DNA of 32,000 bases from Cereibacter sphaeroides 2.4.1 (lineage in GTDB: Bacteria > Pseudomonadota > Alphaproteobacteria > Rhodobacterales > Rhodobacteraceae): assembly GCF_000012905.2 (NCBI RefSeq), contig NC_007494.2:450001-482000 (forward strand), written 5' to 3'. The notes below the pieces were generated by a model. It ran no database searches. It was not told the DNA's origin and saw only the letters and a program-made list of their open reading frames with translations. Position 1 is the stretch's first letter; every line of letters begins with the position of its first letter. Positions 8,211-16,599 of the stretch are shown here, piece by piece. The position numbers and the translations under genes were made by a program.

Positions 8211-8261
8211 AGCCGGTCGCGCCGCGGTTGACAAGGGGAGAGGGCGCGCGCCGATGAGAAC

Positions 8262-8294
8262 GGGGCCGGCCGTTCCCCCGGAACAACCGGCCCC
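8262..8294 (-). terminator. GC-rich stem-loop just downstream of the Pot-like operon (candidate intrinsic terminator)
   Basis: GGGGCCGG (8262-8269) pairs with CCGGCCCC (8287-8294), and GTTCC with GGAAC inside. The two internal mismatches become G-U wobbles only in the minus-strand transcript, giving a ~15-bp stem followed by GUUCUCAU. It lies 20 nt after the stop at 8315. Confidence 0.45.
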
Positions 8295-8314
8295 GAAGGT
8301 CGCGCGGGTGCGGT

Positions 8315-9109
8315 TTACTTCACGAAGGCCCGCCCGAGGCCCATCGCGCGCTCGACCACGAGGATCACGCCCAGCGTCAGCAGGATCAGCAGCACGGAGG
8401 CCGCGGCCACCAGCGGATCGGCGGTGTTGTAGACGTAGTTGTAGAGCTCGACCGGCAGCGTGCTGATGCGCGGCCCGGTGAGGAAGAGCGTGATCACCAC
8501 CTCGTCGAAGGAGACGAGGAAGCAGAGCGCCGCCGCCGCCACGATCCCCGGGGTGAGCATCGGCAGCGTCACCCGGAAGAAGACGGTGAGGGGCTTCGCG
8601 CCGAGGGTCTTTGCGGCCTCCTCGCAGGCCATGTTCTGCGTGGCGAGCGAAACGGCCAGAATGCGCAGCGCATAGGGCAGCGTGATGACGAGATGGGCGA
8701 GGATCAGCCCCTGCATCGTCGCCAGAAGCCCGAAGGAGGCGAAGACGATGAGGATGGCGAGCCCCAGCACGATGGTGGGCAGCAGGAGGGGCGCGGTGAA
8801 GAGGTTGAACAGGAGATCCCGCCCGCGGAACTCCATCCGCACCATCACCCAGGCCGCCGGCACCGCGATCACCAGCGAGAGCACGGTGACGATGGCCGCG
8901 AGCGACAGGCTCGTCCAGAAGGCGCCGAGCATGGCTCGGTTCTCGAACAGGGCCTCGTACCAGCGGAGGGACCAGGAGGTCGGCGGAAAGCGCAGCACGC
9001 TGTCGCCCGAGAGGGAGATCGGGAAGACGAGGATCACCGGCGCGAGCAGATAGAGGAAGAGCACCGCGACGAGGATCCCCATCGGCTTCGAGGTCTTGTG
9101 GATCTGCAT
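8315..9109 (-). CDS. ABC transporter permease, PotC/PotI-like (264 aa)
   Basis: Complete ORF for a six-helix-type hydrophobic protein. It carries a binding-protein-dependent transport motif region (EEAAKTLGAKPLTVFFRVTLPML). Confidence 0.85.
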   Translation of the reverse strand: MQIHKTSKPMGILVAVLFLYLLAPVILVFPISLSGDSVLRFPPTSWSLRWYEALFENRAMLGAFWTSLSLAAIVTVLSLVIAVPAAWVMVRMEFRGRDLLFNLFTAPLLLPTIVLGLAILIVFASFGLLATMQGLILAHLVITLPYALRILAVSLATQNMACEEAAKTLGAKPLTVFFRVTLPMLTPGIVAAAALCFLVSFDEVVITLFLTGPRISTLPVELYNYVYNTADPLVAAASVLLILLTLGVILVVERAMGLGRAFVK

Positions 9110-9119
9110 GGCGCCCTCC

Positions 9120-9988
9120 TCAGTCCAGACGTTTCAGCACGGCGGAATAGGCCACGAGCGCCGCCCCGAAGATCACGAGGACGAGGATCGAGAGCGTCGA
9201 GGCCAGCGGCCAGTTCAGGGTCACGATGGCCTGATCGTAGATCTCGGTCGCGAGCAGGAAGACGCGCCCGCCCCCCATGAGCTTCGGCGTGATGAAGGAC
9301 GAGACCGCCAGCACGAAGCACAGGAGGCACCCCAGCGCGATGCCGGGCGCGGTCAGCGGCAGGATCACGCGCCGGAAGCTCTGCCAGGGGGTGGCGCCGA
9401 GCGTGCGCGCGGCCTCCTCGACGCGCGGATCGAGCCGCCCGAACCCCGCGAGAAGGGCGAGGATCATATAGGGCATCAGGATCTCGGTCAGGCCGATGAA
9501 GACGCCGTTGATGTTGAACATGAGCGGCGGCGGCGTGAGGCCCAGGCCCCGGATCGCCGAGACGACCGGCCCCTCCTCGGCGAGGATCGCGATCCAGCCG
9601 TAGGTGCGCACCACCGCCGAGGTCAGGAGCGGCGAGATCACGAGCACGGTGAGGAAGGTCCGCCAGCTGCCCGAGGCGCGGTGGAGATAGAGCGCGATCG
9701 GATAGGACAGGACGAGTGCACAGAGCGTGACCCCGAGCGAGACGAAGACCGAGTTCAGGATCAGCTGCAGATAGAACGGGTCGCTGAGAAGCCCGGTCCA
9801 GTTCTGGAGCGTCAGGACGTTCTCGATCCCCCCGCCCACCGTCGCCCGGTTGAAGGAATAGCGGGCGAGGTTGAAGATGGGCAGCATGAAGCCCACCACA
9901 TTGATGAGGGCGATGGGCAGGAGGAGCGCCACCGCCACCTGCTGCCCGCCCATCGGCCGCCGGCCGGCCGCGACCGCGGGAACGGCCG

Positions 9989-9992
<4 letters not shown>
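9120..9992 (-). CDS. ABC transporter permease, PotB/PotH-like (290 aa)
   Basis: Complete ORF with an EAA-type loop (EEAARTLGATPWQSFRRVILPLTAPG). Its start at 9992 overlaps the ATPase stop (ATGA). Confidence 0.85.
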
Positions 9993-11107
<1,115 letters not shown>

Positions 11108-11108
11108 G

Positions 11109-12152
11109 TCAGCGGCTCAGCGGGATGATGCGGCGGCGCCACTGTTCGGTGACGGCATCGCGGATCGTGGCAACCTCGAGCCAGTTGATCGGGATCATCT
11201 CGTCCATGGAGCCCGCCGCCGTCCGCTCGAGCGCCGCTTCGGAGACGAGCGCCGCGGCCTTCTGGTTGGTGGGCGCGTAGAACATGGTCTCGGTGAAGCG
11301 CGCCTGCACCTCGGGGCTCAGGGCATAGTCGAGGAAGGTCCTGGCCGCATCGCCCGCGGGGGCATCCTGCACGAGGCCGATCACGTTGATCTGGAAGCCG
11401 CTTCCCTCTTCGGGCAGCACGACGCCGAGCTTGCCGTCGGACTTGTCGGCATAGACCTGCGCCCGCGCGTTCCAGCCGATGCCGATCGAGGCGGTCCCGC
11501 TCGAGATCGGCTGATAGACGTCGGGGCGCGGCTCCCAGGTCTGGACGTTCGGCGCGAGCTCCATGAGCTTGCCGATCCCCGGCTCCATTCCGTCCATGTA
11601 GCCCTCGCCGCCCGCGAGGCGGTTCGCGATGATGGTGAGGGTGGTGCCCTGGATGTCGGGCACCGCGGGGATCGAGACCTGCCCCTTCCACTGCGGATCC
11701 CAGAGCGCCTCCCACGAGGTCGGGGCCTCGGTCACCTTGTCGGTGTTGTAGAGCATCACGAGGTTGTCGAAGGTGACGCCCACCGCATTCACGCCCTCGA
11801 CGCGGGCCTGCGGATAGAGATCGGCCACATGGGCGGTCACGCTCTCGTCGAGGGGAGCGAACAGCCCTTCGTCGGTGGCGGCCTTGGCGACCGAGACGTC
11901 AAGGATCATCACGTCGATCTGGGGCGCGGACTTCTGCGCCCGCAGGGTGCCGAGCATCTGGGCGGAGTTGGGCATGCCGTAGAATTCCACGTCGATGTCG
12001 GGATGCGCCTCCATGAAGGGCTCGACCACCGCCGCGCGGTAATTCTCCTCGAAGATGCCCGAATAGGCCGACAGCACCACCGTCTCGGCCTGCGCCGCTC
12101 CGGCCGTGAGCGCCAGAACCGCCGCGCTCGCCGCAAGGCTTCTGTTCGTCAT
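11109..12152 (-). CDS. Periplasmic solute-binding protein, PotD/PotF-like (family 1 SBP), with a signal peptide (347 aa)
   Basis: I chose the start at 12152 (MTNRSLAASAAVLALTAGAAQAE), with GGGAAAGG upstream, rather than the ORF-track start at 12206. It is the first gene of the ABC cassette. Confidence 0.8.
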   Translation of the reverse strand: MTNRSLAASAAVLALTAGAAQAETVVLSAYSGIFEENYRAAVVEPFMEAHPDIDVEFYGMPNSAQMLGTLRAQKSAPQIDVMILDVSVAKAATDEGLFAPLDESVTAHVADLYPQARVEGVNAVGVTFDNLVMLYNTDKVTEAPTSWEALWDPQWKGQVSIPAVPDIQGTTLTIIANRLAGGEGYMDGMEPGIGKLMELAPNVQTWEPRPDVYQPISSGTASIGIGWNARAQVYADKSDGKLGVVLPEEGSGFQINVIGLVQDAPAGDAARTFLDYALSPEVQARFTETMFYAPTNQKAAALVSEAALERTAAGSMDEMIPINWLEVATIRDAVTEQWRRRIIPLSR

Positions 12153-12225
12153 GACGTTGCCTTTCCCTGTTGCTTCTCGTGAATGGGTCCCGGCCGCGCG
12201 GGGCACGGCCGGAGCCGGGGGCCCC

Positions 12226-12879
12226 TCAGGCCTCGACGAGCTTCGTGGCCCCCGAAATGTCGGGCAGCCATTCGCCCTTGCGCAGCCGGTCGAGCAGCAC
12301 GAGCTCGGCCTCCTGCATCCCGAGCGCCTTTTCGGTGGCCCATTCCGCCCGCTCGGGCGGCAGGATCACGAGGCCGCTCTCGTCGGCAATGACCGCATCG
12401 CCCGGATGGACGGTGTGCCCGCCGAGGCTCACCGGCACGTTGATCGCGCCCTCGAGCCCGAGGATCTTCGTCGTGATCGGCGCGGGCCCCCGGCACCACA
12501 TCGGCAGTTCGACCCGGCGGATCTCGGAGAAGTCGGTGGCCGGGCCGTCGATGGCCGCGCCCACGATGCCGCCGAGCTTCATCGCATGGGTCACGACCCC
12601 GCCCCAGCAGGCGTGTTTCGTGTCGCCGCAGCGGTCCACGATGATGAAATCGCCGGGCCGGACGAGCTTTGTCAGATAGTGGAGGATCGTCGAATCCGCA
12701 TGCGGCAGCCGCACGGTGACGGCGGTGCCCGCCACGCGCTTCTCGGGCAGGACCGCGCGCAGATCGCGGTCGGGGAAACCGGAATGGAGGAAGTGACCCA
12801 CGGTGGCCACCTCCACCTTCTCCATCCGCGCGACGAGGGCCGGCGCGATCTGCGGGGGCATCTGGTTGACAGTGAACAT
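12226..12879 (-). CDS. RraA-family protein (RraA / HMG-CHA aldolase / oxaloacetate decarboxylase fold), divergent active-site motif (217 aa)
   Basis: RPGDFIIVD, ACWGGVVTHAMKLGGIVGAAIDG and GGHTVHPGDAVIADESGLVIL align well by eye with E. coli RraA. The position of the conserved Arg (G-x-V-R) reads G-P-A-T-D here. Confidence 0.75.
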   Translation of the reverse strand: MFTVNQMPPQIAPALVARMEKVEVATVGHFLHSGFPDRDLRAVLPEKRVAGTAVTVRLPHADSTILHYLTKLVRPGDFIIVDRCGDTKHACWGGVVTHAMKLGGIVGAAIDGPATDFSEIRRVELPMWCRGPAPITTKILGLEGAINVPVSLGGHTVHPGDAVIADESGLVILPPERAEWATEKALGMQEAELVLLDRLRKGEWLPDISGATKLVEA

Positions 12880-12888
12880 GCGCAGTCC

Positions 12889-13692
12889 TCAGAGAACGTG
12901 GTGCTGGGCCACGGGCACGTCACGGCGGACGGCCTCGATACGGGCGGGATCGACGACGGCGGTCGTCAGACCCTCGCCGTCGGAACATTGGGCCACGACA
13001 TGGCCCCAGGGGTCGATCGCCATCGTATGGCCCCAGCACCATTTGCGCCCTTCGGCATGCGAGCCGGTCTGGCCCACGGCGAGGAAATAGGTCTGGGTCT
13101 CGATGGCGCGCGCCCGCGCCAGCACCTCCCAGTGATCCTTGCCCGTCATCAGCGTGAAGGCCGCGGGCAGCACGATCACCTCCGCCCCCTTGTCGCGCAG
13201 CGCGCGGAAGAGTTCCGGGAAGCGGATGTCGTAGCAGATGGCGCAGCCGACCGTGGTCTCGCCCACCCGGTAGGTCACGACCTCCTCGCCGCGGCTGATC
13301 GTGTCGGACTCGCGGTAGGACATGCCGCCCGGCACGTCGATGTCGAAGAGGTGCATCTTGCGGTAGCGGGCGATCTCGGCGCCGTCGGGGCCGAAGACGA
13401 GCGTGGTGTTGTAATGGCCGTTCCCGGCCTTCTCGACCATCGAGCCCAGATGCAGCGTCACGCCCAGTTCGGACGCCAGCGCCGAGAAGCGCCGGTAGGT
13501 CGGCCCCTCCGGGAAGGCCTCGCCATTGCCGTGGACCGCCTCCCGCCCCTCGCCGAGGAAGGCGAAATATTCCGGCAGCACCACCAGGTCGGGTTTCTCG
13601 ACCCCGACCGCCTTGCGGATCATCTCCTCCGCCACGTCCAGATTCCGCTCCTTGTTCTCGGCGGAATTCATCTGGATCAAGCTAACTCTCAT
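12889..13692 (-). CDS. Carbon-nitrogen hydrolase of the Nit branch (Nit1/Nit2, omega-amidase-like; 267 aa)
   Basis: The start is the ATG at 13692 ([10 protein letters not shown]) with AGGAGG upstream. The E-K-C triad context is present: [27 protein letters not shown] (very close to Nit2 [20 protein letters not shown]) and [12 protein letters not shown]. Confidence 0.85.
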   Translation of the reverse strand: [267 protein letters not shown]

Positions 13693-13754
13693 GCGAGCCT
13701 CCTGCTTTTCTCCGTTCAAGGCTCCCTGTCGGGCCGCTCCGTGGCAAACGACTC

Positions 13755-13780
13755 TTTTTTGTGGGGTCCGAACAGAAAAA
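13755..13780. promoter_or_regulatory. AT-rich interrupted dyad TTTTTTGT-N9-ACAGAAAAA between lysR and the C-N hydrolase gene (candidate LTTR/operator site)
   Basis: 7 of 8 positions are complementary around a 9-nt spacer (GGGGTCCGA). It lies 63-88 nt upstream of the hydrolase ATG and is the only AT-rich patch in this 89-nt gap. Confidence 0.3.
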
Positions 13781-13781
13781 C

Positions 13782-14672
13782 TTATCGCCCCCGCTCCTCC
13801 AGCGCGACCTGCGCCGCGACCTCCGAGAGGGCCACGGGCAGCAGGTTGTCGCCGTGGTCGGCGAAGACCGCATGGAGCGCGAGCGGCGGAAAGGGCGGAT
13901 CCACGTCGAGAAGGTCGAGCGCCCCGGAGGCCAGCGCCGCCTCGACGACCGGCCGTGTCATCAGCGCCACCCCTACCCCTTCGAGCGCCAGCCGCAGCAT
14001 GGCCGAGAGCGAATTCGAGTTCGAGATCGCGGGCTGCGGCAGGCGCAGCTCCTCGAACTGGCGCATCAGCCAGACATGCGGGTCGCTGTTGCGCGAGAAG
14101 GTGAGGATCGGCAGGTCGACGAGATCGGCGAGGCCGATCCTGCGCCCGCCGAGCCCGAAGCCCGGCGCCGCGACCCAGGCGCAGTCCATGCTGCCCAGAT
14201 CCACGTTGCGCAGGCCCGCCTCGAGCACCGGCCCCATCAGGAGCGCGAGGTCGATCTTGCGCTCGACGATCTCGCGCGCGATCCCGCGCGATGTATCGAC
14301 GTTCAGATCGAGGGTGAGGCCGGGATAGAGCTCGCGCACCCGCTCGATGAAGCGGGGGAGCCAGGCCTGCACGATGCTGTCGATGGTGCCGATCCGCACC
14401 GTCGAGCGGAGCTGTTCGGGGCGGCCGACAGAGATGCGGAATTCCATGGCGCTGCGCATCAGATCCTCGGCCGGTGCGATGGCGCGCTGCCCGATGGGCG
14501 AGAGCCGCACGCCGCCCGGCATCCGCTCGAAGAGGTCCTGCCCCAGCGCCGCCTCGAGCGTGGCGATGCGGTTCGAGACGGCGGCCTGCGTTGTGTTCAG
14601 CCGCTCGGCCGCGGCGCGGAAGCTGCCCAGACGCGCCACCCAGAGGAAGGTTTCGATGAAGCGAAGATTCAT
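13782..14672 (-). CDS. LysR-family transcriptional regulator (296 aa)
   Basis: The start is the ATG at 14672 (MNLRFIETFLWVARLGSFRAAAERLNTTQAAVSNRIATLE, a typical LTTR wHTH). AGGAGA lies 8 nt upstream. An in-frame ATG 9 nt further upstream overlaps the SD. Confidence 0.9.
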   Translation of the reverse strand: MNLRFIETFLWVARLGSFRAAAERLNTTQAAVSNRIATLEAALGQDLFERMPGGVRLSPIGQRAIAPAEDLMRSAMEFRISVGRPEQLRSTVRIGTIDSIVQAWLPRFIERVRELYPGLTLDLNVDTSRGIAREIVERKIDLALLMGPVLEAGLRNVDLGSMDCAWVAAPGFGLGGRRIGLADLVDLPILTFSRNSDPHVWLMRQFEELRLPQPAISNSNSLSAMLRLALEGVGVALMTRPVVEAALASGALDLLDVDPPFPPLALHAVFADHGDNLLPVALSEVAAQVALEERGR

Positions 14673-14680
14673 GGTGCCCA

Positions 14681-14720
14681 TCTCCTGCCCTGCATGTCGC
14701 TCTCCTGCCCCGCATGTCGC
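14681..14720. repeat. Tandem 20-bp direct repeat (19/20 identical) in the lysR leader
   Basis: The two units are TCTCCTGCCCTGCATGTCGC (14681-14700) and TCTCCTGCCCCGCATGTCGC (14701-14720). On the lysR sense strand each unit carries AGGAGA. Confidence 0.9.
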
Positions 14721-14895
14721 CCAGAAGTCCCACGCGCAGGCCCCGGGCTCAAGATGAGGATCTTGCGACGGCGCGGGCCCGCGGCGGGCGGCGGCGGAAG
14801 GCTTGCGGAACACTCTGATAATTCTTGCGGCGCCTTGTTCCCTGCTTCAGCCGAAGGTGGTAAGGAGGCTTCCACCCCCTGCGGCCGGACCGTCA

Positions 14896-16584
14896 ATGGA
14901 CCCTACCCATTGCTTGAGCAGCCTGAATATCGATGCCGCTGTTTTCGTCGCAGCATCGACCTTTCTGGGATTCAGCCTGCTCACGGCCTGGCTTCTCCGG
15001 CAGGAATATTTCTTCGGACGAGAATATTTCCTGAGCGCCGTCTGCGGCGTCCTCTGGTGGCTCGCCTTTGCGGGGCTGGAAATGGCGACCCCCGGCCTCG
15101 GCTGCAAGATGGCCTTCGGCTCGCTGGCCTGGCCCGCCATCGCTCTGGTGCCGGTCAGCTGGTTCCTGTTCCTGCGCCACTATTGCCAGGGCGGCCGCAT
15201 CGGCGGGCGGCGTCTCGAGGCAGGGATCCTCGGGGGCATCGTCCTCTCGGTCACGGCGATCGTCGCGACCAATCCCTGGCACGGGCTCTTCTACCTGCCG
15301 GGCACCCACCTCGCGGTGATCGACGGGCGGCTTTCGGAGGTCTTTCTCCACGGGCCGCTGTTCTATGGCGCGACGGCGCTTCTCTATGTCTTCCTGCTCT
15401 CCTCGGTGGGCATCGCCGCCTTCGGCGCCTTCCGGGCCGCGCGGGCACAGCGCCCGATGCTGCTGATGATGCTCTTCGGGACGCTCGCCCCCATCGTGGC
15501 GAACCTCGCCTATGTCCTGTTCAAGGCCACCGTCTTCGGCTTCGACCCCACACCCTTCGCCTTCGCCTTCGTGCTGCTCGTCCTCACCTGGGCCATCTAC
15601 GGCAACCGGACCTTCGACCTGACGACGGTCGCGCGCGACCTCATCTATTTCAACGTGGCCGATCCGGTGCTGGTGGTGACCGCCCGCGGCCAGATCGCGG
15701 GCCTCAATCCCGCCGCCGGTCTCCTGATGCCGGACCTCGCGCCCGGGACCGCGCTCGACCCTGCGGGGCCCTTTGCCTCGCTGCTCGAGCTGATGGAGAA
15801 GGGCGAGCGCCCGAGCCCGGCGCGCGAGCCTGTCGAGCTCGGCGGCCGGACGCTCGACCTCCGGTTCCTGCCGATCTGGCGACCGCTCGGCACCGGCCGC
15901 ACGCTCCTCGGCGCCGTGGCCCTGATGACGGACACGACCGAGCTTCGCCGGAATGCCGCGCGGCTCGAGGCGGCCCTCGCCCAGTCCCGCGACCGGCTGG
16001 CCGAGATCACCCGGCTGCGTGAGGCGGCCGAGGCTTCGGCCCGCTCGGATCCGCTGACCGGGCTCGGCAACAGGCGCGCCCTCGACCGTCAGTTCGAGGC
16101 CGCCACCGAGCGCGAGGGGGCCATCGCCCTCGCCCTGATCGACATCGACCATTTCAAGCAGATCAACGACCGGCTGGGCCATGCGATGGGCGACCGGGTG
16201 CTGCAACGGTTCGCGGTCGAGCTGTCGGCCGTCCTGCCCGAGGGGGCGCGCGCCTTCCGCATCGGCGGCGAAGAATTCCTGACCCTCTGCCCGGGACAGG
16301 ACACGGGGGCGGTGGTGGACCTTCTCGAAAAGCTCGCACGCCGGCTGGAGGCGGACCCGCCGCTGCGCGACGGAGACCTGCCGCGCCTGACCTTCTCGGC
16401 CGGCGTGGCCATGCGGCCCGGCGACGGCAGGAGCCTCGGCCAGCTGACCGCCCGGGCCGACGCGCGGCTCTACGAGGCGAAGCGTCGGGGCCGCAATCAG
16501 ATCCTGCATCTGGACGCAGCGCGGCGCGACGCGGCCGATGCGGCGGCGGTCCTGTCCGGGCCGCCGCGGCCGGCCTCGGCCTGA
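14896..16584 (+). CDS. Membrane-anchored diguanylate cyclase: N-terminal multi-pass (7TM-like) sensor, PAS-like domain, coiled coil, GGDEF domain (562 aa)
   Basis: I chose the ATG at 14896 (MDPTHCLSSLNIDAAVFVAAS...); the ORF track starts at 14803. About 7 hydrophobic segments, then DPLTGLGNRRAL and an intact RIGGEEF active site. No RxxD I-site sits at the usual position upstream of GGEEF. Confidence 0.85.
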   Translation: MDPTHCLSSLNIDAAVFVAASTFLGFSLLTAWLLRQEYFFGREYFLSAVCGVLWWLAFAGLEMATPGLGCKMAFGSLAWPAIALVPVSWFLFLRHYCQGGRIGGRRLEAGILGGIVLSVTAIVATNPWHGLFYLPGTHLAVIDGRLSEVFLHGPLFYGATALLYVFLLSSVGIAAFGAFRAARAQRPMLLMMLFGTLAPIVANLAYVLFKATVFGFDPTPFAFAFVLLVLTWAIYGNRTFDLTTVARDLIYFNVADPVLVVTARGQIAGLNPAAGLLMPDLAPGTALDPAGPFASLLELMEKGERPSPAREPVELGGRTLDLRFLPIWRPLGTGRTLLGAVALMTDTTELRRNAARLEAALAQSRDRLAEITRLREAAEASARSDPLTGLGNRRALDRQFEAATEREGAIALALIDIDHFKQINDRLGHAMGDRVLQRFAVELSAVLPEGARAFRIGGEEFLTLCPGQDTGAVVDLLEKLARRLEADPPLRDGDLPRLTFSAGVAMRPGDGRSLGQLTARADARLYEAKRRGRNQILHLDAARRDAADAAAVLSGPPRPASA

Positions 16585-16599
16585 GACGAGGTGGCTCCG

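Noticed and set aside
8228-8233. A perfect TTGACA hexamer on the plus strand between the Pot-like operon terminator and the riboswitch
   Set aside because: There is no plausible -10 hexamer at a 16-19 nt spacing and no plus-strand gene downstream. On the minus strand the overlapping TTGTCA (8234-8229) with TACTCAAT 17 nt downstream is only a weak candidate for the riboswitch promoter, too weak to call.
14861-14868. A strong SD-like AAGGAGG about 28 nt upstream of the DGC start codon
   Set aside because: No ATG, GTG or TTG lies 5-12 nt downstream in any frame, so it cannot serve a hidden small ORF or an alternative DGC start. It is most likely fortuitous or part of the 5' UTR structure.
12106-16022. 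Long plus-strand ORFs 12106-14328 (740 aa) and 13761-16022 (753 aa)
   Set aside because: They are antisense to, or out of frame with, the RraA-like, C-N hydrolase, LysR and DGC genes. They contain no recognisable motifs and show the biased composition of GC shadow ORFs.
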